A stretch of DNA of 64,000 bases from a virus. Lineage: Duplodnaviria > Caudoviricetes. The position numbers and the translations under genes were made by a program. This document shows, one piece after another, positions 47,801 to 57,338 of this stretch (its first letter is position 1; each line of letters begins with the position of its first letter). The notes beneath the pieces are model-generated. The model worked only from the letters and a program-made list of their open reading frames with translations, made no database searches and was not told the origin of the DNA. The DNA lies in the IMG/VR virus record IMGVR_UViG_3300028805_003982. One strand, given 5' to 3'.

Positions 47801-50800
47801 CAGCCTGGCTAATTGGGATGTCAGCAACATTACCAGTATGCAGGGAATTTTCCAGAACTGTTCATCTCTTGTAGATCTTGCGCCTCTTAGTAATTGGAAC
47901 ACTTCTCGTGTTACAGCCTTAAATGATGCCTTTAACGGGTGTTCGTCCTTGACAAATCTTGACGGTTTGGCCAATTGGGACTTAAGTCAGGTTACTACTC
48001 TTCGTCAGGCGTTTTACTGTAACACCTCACTTACCGATATAAGCGGGTTAAACAACAAAAACTGTACGGCTCTTACCGATATGCGTAGTATGTTTTATCA
48101 GGATGCGGCCATTGACAGTGTTTTCTCTGGTCTAAATGCTCCGGCTTTGACTACTATGGACTACGCATTCTATCAGTGTACTGGGCTTAAGCAGGTTAAC
48201 GGCATGTCTGACTGGAATGTTCCGTCACTCTCTTCGTTTGATTCGTGTTTTTCAGGAGATACGGCTTTAACAAGTATAGAAGGTCTTTCAGGTCTTTCTG
48301 AAGCACCTTTTACCGAACTGAATAACGCATTTAACGGCTGTAGTGCCTTAACATCGCTGAACGGTCTTGAAGACTGGAATGTTACCGGAGTCGGCAATAA
48401 TGCCGACAGCTATTTCAATAGGTTCGGAGCGATCTTTGCAGGTTGTTCAAGTATCACAGACGTAGACGCTTTGGCTGATTGGGACGTTTCGCATAATACC
48501 TTGTTTAGATATATGTTCGATTCCTGTAATAATCTTGCGGATCTGTCAGGTCTTTCCGGCTGGGATACGTCAAGTGCCAAGTCGTTTAATAATATGTTTT
48601 TCAGAGATTCTGCGATTACCGATCTTTCTCCGATAGCACACTGGAATACGGCAAGCGTTACAGACATGTCCGAAATGTTTGGCGGTTATAACGGCGATGC
48701 AGTAATTTCCGAGTTGGATTTCAGTAATTGGGATTTCAGCAGCGTAACCAATGTCAACAATATGTTGTCGAATGTTAAAGATGAATCCGTCCGCATCGTA
48801 AAGCTTCCTGCTACATTTAAGAGCGGCAATACAGGTCTTACGGGTTCTTTCATACATGTAGAAACAGGGGAGACCGCACAGATCGGTACAGTAATGAGCT
48901 CTTTCACAGCCGATAGGGCCGGTACATACTATAAGTTAGAAGATCTGCATTTTTATGCTATGGGCGGTGTATCATCTGTTGCTACAGCTAAAGTTTCTCC
49001 TTTAGGCTTTGCTACATTAAACGAGCTTCCTACGGCAACCCGAAATGGTTACAGATTCCTTGGTTGGTACACTGATCCCGTTGCAGGAGAACTCTTTACT
49101 GAGTATCCGACAGGTGAGTATCTGACAGCTCTGTATGCTCATTGGGAGGCTGATGGCACTTATACTTTAATCTTGAATCCTAACAGAACCGGGTTAGAAG
49201 CAGTTTCTGTTGAGCTTGCAAAAGACGAACTGTATAGTTTAGACCCTACGATTTTTGGAGAAGTAGAAGGATATTCGGTTGTTAACTGGGCTACCAGAGC
49301 ATCCGGTAAAGGAACTGTTTACAGGGCAAGTCAGTCTGTTATGAACCTTTGCGACGATCCGGGTGATACTATTACTTTGTATGCACAGTGGGCAAGCAAT
49401 ACGACCTTTACCATTACAGCACACTATATTAATGCCATTACGGGAGAGGAATTAAAAACTGCTGACTATCAGATGGTTAGTGGCGGTTGTTTCTTAGACC
49501 TTGATCCAAGCATCGGATATTATGATGAGCAGGTAGAAAACTATACAACATATTTTTGGAGCAAACGTGCTGATATCTATTCTGATGCTCAGACAACATA
49601 TCCGGCACAGTATCTTTCTTATTATTACGGCGGCGAAGATAGTAATGAGTATCAGTTGATCCACATGTATAACACTAAGTTCTATACAGATACAACTGAT
49701 ATCTATGCGTATTGTGTACCTCCTCTTCAGGCAAGATTCTGGTTTGCGAATTGCGCTGCCGATGTTCTTCCCGCAGAGGCTCTTACTTTTGAACTCGACG
49801 GTCATACATACGGCAATGGCGAGTATGTTGATATTCAGAAATTTGTTGTTGATAGTTATGACAGGCATGATACTTTCTCAACATCTTTCTCTGTCAGAGT
49901 TGGCAGCAAGTTCCAAATGTATTCGCCCAATAACCTTCTGAACAACTCTTCGTTGTTTAACAATAATCAATATATCAGTTATTGTGATTATACGATGTGG
50001 GCAACTCCTGATGTTCTTGATAGTGAAGGCAGGATCAAATCTTCAGGGTCAGACGGTTCTGCTAATTACGGCAATTATTGGGGTTATAAGGAGATATATG
50101 ATGATCAGGGTAGCTACTTAGGATATGAGTATGAACATGATTACCGTCCTTGGTACGGCGATTCTATCGACGTTTATTGTGTACCTAACATAAGGATTTT
50201 CGTTAATTATCAAAATGATAACGAGCCTTACTATCATTTTGACGGAATTGATGCAAATACGTATTACAGTCTTTATAGTTCTTCCGGAACTCTTTATGAC
50301 ATCCATAATTTTGCCTTACCCTATATCTCTACACCGTCTGCACCCGAGGGTAAGATCTTTAAAGGATGGTTCACAGAGCCTGTCGGCGGCACAGAGCTTC
50401 ATGAGGGCGATCTGGTTGACCTTCTAGAGTTGCGCATCTTCTACGCTCAGTGGGATGATGATCCGACATATGATCCTGATATCACTCCTACTCCGACGCC
50501 GACACCGGCGGGGCCGTTCTATCCTAATGGTTCAGATCCTAAGCAGTTTATAACGATTACTTACGATCCTCAGGACGGTCAAGTGGCGGACGGAAGCGTA
50601 AGACGGGGAGAGCCTATTACGCGTGTCATCAGTTTGGGTTCTATTCCTGCTAATTTACAGGCTTATAGCAATCAGCCTAATCATTATTTTGACGGTTGGT
50701 ACTCCAATCCTGACGGAACAGGCTATAAGATACCTTACGTTACTTATCAGGGATATGGTCCCAAGGAAGATACCACTTTCTATGCGCATTACATTCCTGA

Positions 50801-53800
50801 AAACATTGTTAATTTCAATTTGAATGGCGGTGACTCTTTTGTAAGAGCTGCGGTAGGTAAAGGTGTTTCCTTTAATAGCAATACCGGTGTCGCAAGTATT
50901 CCGGCCGGGTATTCTTTCGGAGAATTGCCTATTGCGCATAGAAATTATTATTCGTTTGACGGATGGTTTACAGAGCCTGACGGCGGTGAACAATATACAG
51001 GTAATGTGCCTGTTGCTGAAAATGCAACATATTTTGCACATTGGACAGCACTTGACACTGCTACAACAGCCGGCAATGTTACTTTAAATGCCTCTGCATA
51101 CTGGACATCCAACAGTTCAGACTTCAGATATTTAAATACCAGCGAGACCGGTGCCGCTTTCGTTAGCTTTGAGATCATAGGCAATAACGTTACCATTCCT
51201 TCACAGGGAGTGGTTATAGATTTTGAGTATGACAATGCTCTAGTAGATTCATTAGATGCAAACTTTGCAACTTATCCGAATACTACAACATCACAGCCGT
51301 ATTTCTCAAAATTAGATGCAAACCGTTTGACTAATAATAATGCTTTTACCGGAAGTGTCGGCTGCAGAGCTACGGTCAACTTTAATGGCAGTAGCTGGTC
51401 CGGGGTCGAGGATATTGATATCAGGATAACGGTAGACACCAATCTTGACGGCATCTATGAAATAGATGAAACTTTAACCTTGCAGGCTTGCGGGCACTAC
51501 GCAAACAGCAATGACACAACCCTTGAGTACGGTCATGGCCGTGTTTACAGGTCTTTCTATACCTGGCAGGATGCGTGGGGCTCAAAGCCCTCTGATGCTG
51601 ATGATTACTTCTATGTTGTATGGCAGTATGACGCTGATTTTAACAGAGGTAGCAGGGATAGCAAGGCAGACCTTACAACAATGCCCAATGAGCAAGGCGA
51701 GTTTATAACTTACGGTTATTTATCCGGCAGCACTCCTTATTACAGTGTTTTCTCTGATTCTGCTCCTGCCGGAAACTCTGATTATAATAACGCGTATAAG
51801 GGTCTTATTCTTTATCGTTATCCTAAAACAATGATCGATGAGGAATCAGGCAGATGCATAGTTCGAAATCAGGCCCGCTTGTATTATAACGGTGTAGACA
51901 TGGTCATAAATGCCGATCCTTATACCTTCCGTTGGGATATCCAGGGCAGGGATGAGGCTAATTTCATTATGGGTGTAGCTTCATCTTACAATCGTGTGCA
52001 GGAAACCCAGGAGTCCTTCCTTGGTGGTGATACCATATCTTTAGACTGGTCTGTAACGACGCAGAATGTTAACGATTGGCGCAGCAAGACTTTAGAGATC
52101 GATCTTAACGGCGATGGCAATATCTCTGATGACGAGAAAACTACAACAAGCTGGTTCTTGAAGAAAGATATTACAATCAATCAGGGCCCTGATGACGTTT
52201 TCTACAATTCGGGCGCTCCGGATGATTATTATGTAACTAACCCGGCAACAGGTCTTGTACCTCTTACTGAAGATGACTATTCTATCACACAGGTAAGAAT
52301 CGCAAGAGCTTATATCTGTAAGTCTGAATCCGGCATAGATGCCGATGTTGCCTGGACTACCAGAGAACAGGTCAACAGACAGGTTCCTTATGAGCTTTGG
52401 ATAAGAAGAGCGGCCGACAGCCAGTTACTCTTATTTAAAGAATCTACCATCAATACCTATACAGGCGGTTCTCCTTCCGAAACGATAGAGCTGCCTGAGG
52501 GCACGGTAGAGTATGAGTTCAGGTTCTCCACTTCAGATTATTACTGGTCGTTCACTTTAGTTCCTACGATCAAGCTTAATCTGAACAATCATACCAGGGC
52601 ATTGTTTAACAACGATGCTATCCAGAACGCTTCTTCGTGTGTCAGAATGAGCGCGGATCTCACCGTTAATACAACCGACCCGCAGGACATTGATGCTGAT
52701 CTGCCCGTTGTAAACATTGACTGGCATGATGGTATGTCCGGTACTGTTTTGGACGACATCTATGAACTTACGCCTACTATTCGCGGCGATCTGACTCTTG
52801 CAACGGGTCTTGTGTCATCCGATAAGAATGAAGATGCTGATAATGGCGGAATAGTTACTAATTATTTTACCATCCAGGGTCACAACAGTTCTACCGAATA
52901 TAATGATAAGAGAGCCATAGATACCGGTAAGTTCTATGTACTGCTCCCTGCACACGTAACTTTCCAGCGTGTATACAGCTTCGAAGGTAAGAACGAAAAC
53001 TGCGGTGTCTGGAGCTATATCGAAGATGATCTGAAGTATATCAGTCCTTCGCACTACACGATAGAACACATTGATAACTGGGAAGGCACCGGCCGTACGA
53101 TGTACATCATATCGTTTGATTGCACCGGGGAGCGCTTCGCTTATTACAATGTTGGTATAGAGACTACAAGGACTTATGACGACTGTACCAGATACGGATC
53201 TTCAGGCCTTGTATCCTGGGCTTTTGTTAATACAACCGAGCCTGTAAATTACGTATCTTATTACAACACTTCTGATACGGTTCCTAATGCAGAAAAGGAT
53301 CTGTATACACAGGAGCTTGGTATCTACAATCATAAGATCCTTGGCTGCACTACTTTGAGCTTCAGGACTGCAACAACAGATGTTTCCACTGGGCTTACTT
53401 CGAGTATTTTGAATAATGCCGGAAAGTCCAATCCCAGTGGAGAGACATTGTTGTTCCCGGGTGAAGATTTCAGTGTCGATATTACTTATGGACAGTCCGT
53501 GAATGATACAACAGATCATTTAGTCCTTAAGAATAAATTAGACGGTAACAGCACTTTTAACAGTATCTATGTGCCTACTTTGGCGGGTAAAGACGATACC
53601 GGAGCTTCAGCTTCCGCGTCTGGCGTAGTCTGGTATTCGGTAGCTGAAAATCCTGACTTTGATAACATTGATACAGAACATGGCTGGACACAGGATGCTC
53701 CTGTAGGGGAGACCGTATACGGTATTGTGATCGACTATACAACAGCAGATAACGGAAGGCCCTTCTCTTATAACGGCAATAAGTTCTTTAATGTTACATT

Positions 53801-54509
53801 ATATGGGACAGCAAAGGATCTGCCCGTTGATACTACGGTTCTTAATCAGGCAACGCTTGAAAGAAGGACGTTTGAGAATGATGTTCTCATATCCGAGAGT
53901 GATCCTTTGACATCTAATGTCTCTGCAAAGATCGCACATCCGGTCATTACTGTTGGTAAATACTCTAATCCTTCTTCCGGTACTGTCGATAATCCGGCAA
54001 CTGTCGAGTATGAACAGGATCTTGTTTATACGGTCTATGTTGCTAACTATAATAACAATAAGGATCTGTATAACATCCATCTGTCCGACGTTCTTCCTGA
54101 AGGCCTTTCTTACAACAGATCAGACATAACATTATCAGACGGTACGAAGTTGTCAGAGAGCACTAATATCGAGTCGTACGATACAAGTAATGGCTTGGAC
54201 GTAGTTATTAAGTGTCTCCCTGCGGAAACAAGCATGAGTTTCAAAATCCCTTGTATGGTCAATTCTAAGGTAGACCAGCTCAGGATTGAAAATACTGCTT
54301 ATGTATTGGGTTATTCAAACGTGGTATTTGATGATAACGAGAAGCCATCATCTGAGACAACATATCATATCGTGTCTGCACCTATGCCTGAGCCTACCGG
54401 ATACTCAGACGGCGGTGCCGGAATCATCACAATCATACTTGTAACTGCAGTCCTTTGCATCGGTGTCAGCCTCTTTAGGCGTAAAAAACCTGAAGAGGAA
54501 AGGAGCTAG
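44844..54509 (+). CDS. Giant sortase-anchored adhesin: two BspA/DUF285-type LRR blocks, InlB-B repeats and a C-terminal DUF11-like domain
   Basis: Many L..LDLS.W(D/N)(T/V)S.VT.M..MF repeats; several GY.F.GW(Y/F)...LYA.W; YTV.V.N...I.LSD.LPEGLSY; MPEPTG, TM helix and RRKK. Confidence 0.85.
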   Translation: MRTSVLKKAAVFMIPMMLFNFLGTSVGLAYETFDGEEPTEIVEPQNAGSEEQVPAEPQEAMSKQDKVTAEPEKDPVDNEADKTDPATDSPKTDPASDNTTEPAADTGTPSENADNPTDEPTEVSSEAPAATEESSAVTGEPEETPRKAPLRGASTIATAGVDAYAILYDDGELVFQKGNEPEEGRTAAEIWEVNPSEDIASDEYVGWHDNDDVQVITFKDKLEGVTSLREFFYSLDNLTAFNNLSYLDTSAVTAFNSVFYSLPLVTEIDLTGWDTSSGETFSNMITSCGSITSLDLSMLDISNASAISTLVLACSQLKTINCDGWDLRSVPSLSAASGIFQSMSLDSISMRNWTNVPDGSHIFGRGWGAAKSLDVTGWQFRSNATRMEGFFCSSAIQEIVGLDTWDVSNFTYMGAAFQGCGASDLSGITNWDTGNVTDTNNMFNDCSNLTSLDLSGWDTHSLATMSSMFYNNSNLTSLDLSNWDLRSLDPSRYPTGGALSIPSLKTLTCKNWSHVPGMNSMWFGRGMSLGGASLDYIDVTGWDLSGTTSIETLFANMNVKEIRGLGTWTNTSGITNVNQAFAYINSLSSLDLSGLDLSGVTDASQLFNTSSALVSIDLGSNDFANNTNFNGMFTECSKLQTLDLSNVDFLSATDTDGMFLGTTALKTITLPASYKLVGSGSELDAGLTDSWGNINTKVCYDAADLTKNFTSDMAGTYEKIIQTVNLHYSGGSSSAFVDAIYLSENTRFGDLPETVTRGTDEFLGWYNDDGSVKYTNSSRSFPSDLYAVYGHEPDVATAGVDAYAILYSDNTFVIQKGNTPDEQHGTVTSIWEIPVSGGFPAWYNYVSNVTKVEVKDRLVERTALTAFFANFNSCTVFENLDYIDLSKVTTVDRMFMNNRAVSSYEGTGIENWDISNVGNFEYLFNSNNLVTTMPDLSNWVFKANARVSNMLPSGLVSVGGLGNCDISNLTSLANMFSNLSSLTDINSLANWDVSNITSMQGIFQNCSSLVDLAPLSNWNTSRVTALNDAFNGCSSLTNLDGLANWDLSQVTTLRQAFYCNTSLTDISGLNNKNCTALTDMRSMFYQDAAIDSVFSGLNAPALTTMDYAFYQCTGLKQVNGMSDWNVPSLSSFDSCFSGDTALTSIEGLSGLSEAPFTELNNAFNGCSALTSLNGLEDWNVTGVGNNADSYFNRFGAIFAGCSSITDVDALADWDVSHNTLFRYMFDSCNNLADLSGLSGWDTSSAKSFNNMFFRDSAITDLSPIAHWNTASVTDMSEMFGGYNGDAVISELDFSNWDFSSVTNVNNMLSNVKDESVRIVKLPATFKSGNTGLTGSFIHVETGETAQIGTVMSSFTADRAGTYYKLEDLHFYAMGGVSSVATAKVSPLGFATLNELPTATRNGYRFLGWYTDPVAGELFTEYPTGEYLTALYAHWEADGTYTLILNPNRTGLEAVSVELAKDELYSLDPTIFGEVEGYSVVNWATRASGKGTVYRASQSVMNLCDDPGDTITLYAQWASNTTFTITAHYINAITGEELKTADYQMVSGGCFLDLDPSIGYYDEQVENYTTYFWSKRADIYSDAQTTYPAQYLSYYYGGEDSNEYQLIHMYNTKFYTDTTDIYAYCVPPLQARFWFANCAADVLPAEALTFELDGHTYGNGEYVDIQKFVVDSYDRHDTFSTSFSVRVGSKFQMYSPNNLLNNSSLFNNNQYISYCDYTMWATPDVLDSEGRIKSSGSDGSANYGNYWGYKEIYDDQGSYLGYEYEHDYRPWYGDSIDVYCVPNIRIFVNYQNDNEPYYHFDGIDANTYYSLYSSSGTLYDIHNFALPYISTPSAPEGKIFKGWFTEPVGGTELHEGDLVDLLELRIFYAQWDDDPTYDPDITPTPTPTPAGPFYPNGSDPKQFITITYDPQDGQVADGSVRRGEPITRVISLGSIPANLQAYSNQPNHYFDGWYSNPDGTGYKIPYVTYQGYGPKEDTTFYAHYIPENIVNFNLNGGDSFVRAAVGKGVSFNSNTGVASIPAGYSFGELPIAHRNYYSFDGWFTEPDGGEQYTGNVPVAENATYFAHWTALDTATTAGNVTLNASAYWTSNSSDFRYLNTSETGAAFVSFEIIGNNVTIPSQGVVIDFEYDNALVDSLDANFATYPNTTTSQPYFSKLDANRLTNNNAFTGSVGCRATVNFNGSSWSGVEDIDIRITVDTNLDGIYEIDETLTLQACGHYANSNDTTLEYGHGRVYRSFYTWQDAWGSKPSDADDYFYVVWQYDADFNRGSRDSKADLTTMPNEQGEFITYGYLSGSTPYYSVFSDSAPAGNSDYNNAYKGLILYRYPKTMIDEESGRCIVRNQARLYYNGVDMVINADPYTFRWDIQGRDEANFIMGVASSYNRVQETQESFLGGDTISLDWSVTTQNVNDWRSKTLEIDLNGDGNISDDEKTTTSWFLKKDITINQGPDDVFYNSGAPDDYYVTNPATGLVPLTEDDYSITQVRIARAYICKSESGIDADVAWTTREQVNRQVPYELWIRRAADSQLLLFKESTINTYTGGSPSETIELPEGTVEYEFRFSTSDYYWSFTLVPTIKLNLNNHTRALFNNDAIQNASSCVRMSADLTVNTTDPQDIDADLPVVNIDWHDGMSGTVLDDIYELTPTIRGDLTLATGLVSSDKNEDADNGGIVTNYFTIQGHNSSTEYNDKRAIDTGKFYVLLPAHVTFQRVYSFEGKNENCGVWSYIEDDLKYISPSHYTIEHIDNWEGTGRTMYIISFDCTGERFAYYNVGIETTRTYDDCTRYGSSGLVSWAFVNTTEPVNYVSYYNTSDTVPNAEKDLYTQELGIYNHKILGCTTLSFRTATTDVSTGLTSSILNNAGKSNPSGETLLFPGEDFSVDITYGQSVNDTTDHLVLKNKLDGNSTFNSIYVPTLAGKDDTGASASASGVVWYSVAENPDFDNIDTEHGWTQDAPVGETVYGIVIDYTTADNGRPFSYNGNKFFNVTLYGTAKDLPVDTTVLNQATLERRTFENDVLISESDPLTSNVSAKIAHPVITVGKYSNPSSGTVDNPATVEYEQDLVYTVYVANYNNNKDLYNIHLSDVLPEGLSYNRSDITLSDGTKLSESTNIESYDTSNGLDVVIKCLPAETSMSFKIPCMVNSKVDQLRIENTAYVLGYSNVVFDDNEKPSSETTYHIVSAPMPEPTGYSDGGAGIITIILVTAVLCIGVSLFRRKKPEEERS

Positions 54510-54535
54510 GTCTGCGTTTACGATATTTCCTTTCT

Positions 54536-54572
54536 GGGCGGGCGGGTTCTTCGGGATCTGCCCGTTTCTTTT
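54536..54572 (+). terminator. Intrinsic terminator
   Basis: GGGCGGGCGGGTTC-TTCG-GGATCTGCCCGTTT-CTTTT. Confidence 0.85.
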
Positions 54573-54661
54573 GACTATTGAAAGACGGGTCTAAAACACA
54601 CCAGCCCCGTTATACCTTATGGCATAAGGATTTTATTTGTAACAGAAAGGGAAGCTTTGTT

Positions 54662-55858
54662 ATGATGGAAGATTTTAATATAATGGAGTATCTCGACAAA
54701 ACTGGTGTTGCATATAAGGAAAAGGGGTACGATCGCGTAGTTTTGGAAGCGCACGATTCATTAACGATAACCCCGTCCCGTAATCTGTTTAATTGGTTTT
54801 CCAGGGGCATCGGAGGATACGGTGTTTGGGATTTTATCAGACTCGTTGAATATGAAGGACAAAACGTCAGCAAAAGAGATATTATGCAGCGTCTTATTGA
54901 TGTGTTTGGCGAGGACAGGTGCGGTGTTACTGATTGGGATGAGGGGGATCGCAAGAGGCCGAAGCCCGTATTGCATGAGGCTAAATATCAGGTACAGTCG
55001 CAGCCTCAGAATACCATAGAATTTGCTTTGCCGGAGAAAAACAGGAGCGTTGACCTGATCCGTAAATATCTTTGTGAAGAAAGAGGCATTTCTGAAAAGG
55101 TGTTTAACGAATTTGTTTCAAGGGGCCTGTTATATGAATCAAACATCAAGATAACCAAGAATCGTGACGGCACGGACAGGTCGAAGCCTTTTTATGCCCA
55201 TAATGCCGTATTTGTCAGAATAGACCCCAGGGACGGGAACATCAAGGCGGCAACTGTTAAAGGTTCTTATGTGGACCCGACTACCCATAAAAGATATAGT
55301 AGGGATGTGCCCGGATCTAATAAGTTTGACTGTCTATTCTATTTTCAGGGCAAAAATGTTAAAGAGCCCGATCACGTTATTCTCTTTGAGGCCGAGATAG
55401 ATCTTATGAGCTACTTGTCACTTCAGGAAGAAAAAGGCGTCAGCATGGATAATTTTGTATGTGTTTCTTTAGGCGGCATCAGCGCTGATATGACGATCCG
55501 TGCTAGTCTTCAGCACCTTTTTGACCGGTTCCCGACAATAAAAAAGGTAATGATATCTTTTGATAATGATTACGACAAAGAATTAATGGGCAAAATAAAT
55601 GTCGGCAGGGAAGCAATGGTGTCTTTACACCAGAATCTGATACAGGCAGGGAAAAAGCCCGGATGGATCTTTGTTAGGGACGGGGACGACGGAACTCGTT
55701 GTAAGGATTGGAATGACTGTCTTCTGGAATACCGCAAGGGGAATTGGACTTTTCTTGGTCAGGGCAAGAAACAGGACAATGAGCCGGATGGCAATGGCAA
55801 GACAACCGATCCTAAAAAAGATACTCCTGATGACGATGCAGGACCCGGGGGTCAATAA
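54662..55858 (+). CDS. DUF3991/Toprim primase-like protein of conjugative elements
   Basis: HDSLTI...FNWFSRGIGG, YL..ERGIS, FEAEIDLMSY, SLGG, FDND and KDWND; start at ATG 54662. Confidence 0.8.
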   Translation: MMEDFNIMEYLDKTGVAYKEKGYDRVVLEAHDSLTITPSRNLFNWFSRGIGGYGVWDFIRLVEYEGQNVSKRDIMQRLIDVFGEDRCGVTDWDEGDRKRPKPVLHEAKYQVQSQPQNTIEFALPEKNRSVDLIRKYLCEERGISEKVFNEFVSRGLLYESNIKITKNRDGTDRSKPFYAHNAVFVRIDPRDGNIKAATVKGSYVDPTTHKRYSRDVPGSNKFDCLFYFQGKNVKEPDHVILFEAEIDLMSYLSLQEEKGVSMDNFVCVSLGGISADMTIRASLQHLFDRFPTIKKVMISFDNDYDKELMGKINVGREAMVSLHQNLIQAGKKPGWIFVRDGDDGTRCKDWNDCLLEYRKGNWTFLGQGKKQDNEPDGNGKTTDPKKDTPDDDAGPGGQ

Positions 55859-55895
55859 CCGCGCGATATTCATTACTTTTTGTGAAAGTTTTGTA

Positions 55896-55951
55896 AAAGG
55901 TGCCGAGTTTTCCTAACAAAAGACGCGTTTTTTCTAAACCGCCGTTACAAT
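55896..55951 (+). promoter_or_regulatory. Conserved 29-bp box promoter, copy D (head of the transfer region)
   Basis: AAAGGTGCCGAGTTTTCCTAACAAAAGAC, then 19 nt, then GT-TACAAT. Confidence 0.85.
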
Positions 55952-55957
55952 ATAAAA

Positions 55958-56060
55958 TAGGATGAGTACATTTGATATGTACCAAACGAATATGACCGCG
56001 ATATGCGGTAGTTAAGTCTCCGGGTTTCTTTGGGCAGCACCTCTCCGGAGACTTCTTTTT
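55958..56060 (+). ncRNA. Putative ~100-nt structured leader or sRNA
   Basis: Hairpins GTACAT..ATGTAC and ACCGC..GCGGT, then terminator AAGTCTCCGGG...TCCGGAGACTT-CTTTTT (56014-56060). Confidence 0.5.
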
Positions 56061-56124
56061 ACGTTTATTATCGACTTTTTATAGAACTTGAAAGAAAGGA
56101 GGAGCGCTTAGGCGTGTTGTTTGT

Positions 56125-56502
56125 ATGATGGAAACAAATACTAAAGAGACTATTGCCGACCAGGATGCCGAGGCTTATGTTGATGATCTTAACAGCAAGA
56201 TCAGACAGCTTCAGGAAAAGCTCGAACGATATGAGTTTATTGCTTCTTCAAAAAATACATTAATGGGCAATAATCTTGAGTGGGTTATAAAAGACGGAAT
56301 TCCCGGATTGCTGCAGGACGATCTCATTCCCGGCGATGAAAAGACTTTGATCGAACAGGATAAGGAGATTATCGAGAAATACAAGGCGAATTTCGGGCTT
56401 GATAATTCGTCTTTTTCTGTTCTGATGGAGCTGCAGTCCAAGGAAGTACTGCGGCTTATTTGTGTTTGCGCGGATATATCCACGCATTTGATCGAAAAAT
56501 GA
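56125..56502 (+). CDS. Hypothetical protein
   Basis: 125-aa ORF downstream of AGGAGG; exact start uncertain. Confidence 0.6.
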   Translation: MMETNTKETIADQDAEAYVDDLNSKIRQLQEKLERYEFIASSKNTLMGNNLEWVIKDGIPGLLQDDLIPGDEKTLIEQDKEIIEKYKANFGLDNSSFSVLMELQSKEVLRLICVCADISTHLIEK

Positions 56503-56526
56503 TTTGGAAAGGGGTTTATAACCGAT

Positions 56527-57321
56527 ATGAAAAATGTTTTAGCAAAAACTGGAGCTATTGCTCTTACGGGCGTAATGCTGATGACTGGTGCAGTCGGGTG
56601 TAAAAGACGTGATGCATTTAATTCGCAGCCGTCTGAATCTTCCGTGAACGGCGCAGCCGAGAGTGCTGATATAAGGGCTTGGTGCGAAAAGACCGGAACA
56701 ACTTATATGAATAGTGTCATTCAGATGGACTTCACTGGTATTTCAAGTGTTGTTGATTATACCAAAAACTCTACTGCGGAATTGCAGTTTTATGAGTATT
56801 CTGATTCAGTTATGCAGAACGGCTGGTCATATGACTTTTATTCAAGTATTTTGCATGAAGCTACCTATGTAACAACGGGCTTTAATTATGATCCCGAGAC
56901 AGCTGTCGCGCATCTGGATTACAGGATCAGCGTTCCCGATTATTCGGCAACTTCGGCTGACGGGGCGATCAAATATACGTTGGGTGTTGATTTTAATTAT
57001 GATGCAACCGCCCAGACTGCGTTTGTTTCAGATCCTGCAACAGCTATTAACAATTTCTATAAAGTAGCTGAGCGTGATTATGTCAACTACATCTTAGAAA
57101 AAGCTGATCTTGCTTTCCTGACACCTACTCCGACACCCGCAGGCGGAAGAGCTCCGACCCCTGTACCTACAGACGATCCCGGTGTTCAGCCTACAGATGA
57201 AGCGGGCAATCCCGTAGAGACTTCTGCTACATCCGGTTCTAATTCGGGAAGCAGCGGTAATACTAATGGTACCATTCCCGAAGGCGAGTCTTTTGGGGAC
57301 GGAGAAACTGATGTGAATTAA
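56527..57321 (+). CDS. Lipoprotein
   Basis: AVGC lipobox; Pro/Thr/Ser-rich C-terminus. Confidence 0.7.
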   Translation: MKNVLAKTGAIALTGVMLMTGAVGCKRRDAFNSQPSESSVNGAAESADIRAWCEKTGTTYMNSVIQMDFTGISSVVDYTKNSTAELQFYEYSDSVMQNGWSYDFYSSILHEATYVTTGFNYDPETAVAHLDYRISVPDYSATSADGAIKYTLGVDFNYDATAQTAFVSDPATAINNFYKVAERDYVNYILEKADLAFLTPTPTPAGGRAPTPVPTDDPGVQPTDEAGNPVETSATSGSNSGSSGNTNGTIPEGESFGDGETDVN

Positions 57322-57338
57322 ATCGGAGGGGCAGATCA

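Noticed and set aside
29628-54620. Further copies of the 29-bp box at about 29650, 37740, 40715 and 54580
   Set aside because: These are plausible promoters with only fragments of the motif (AAGAC or TTTCCT) and different spacing.
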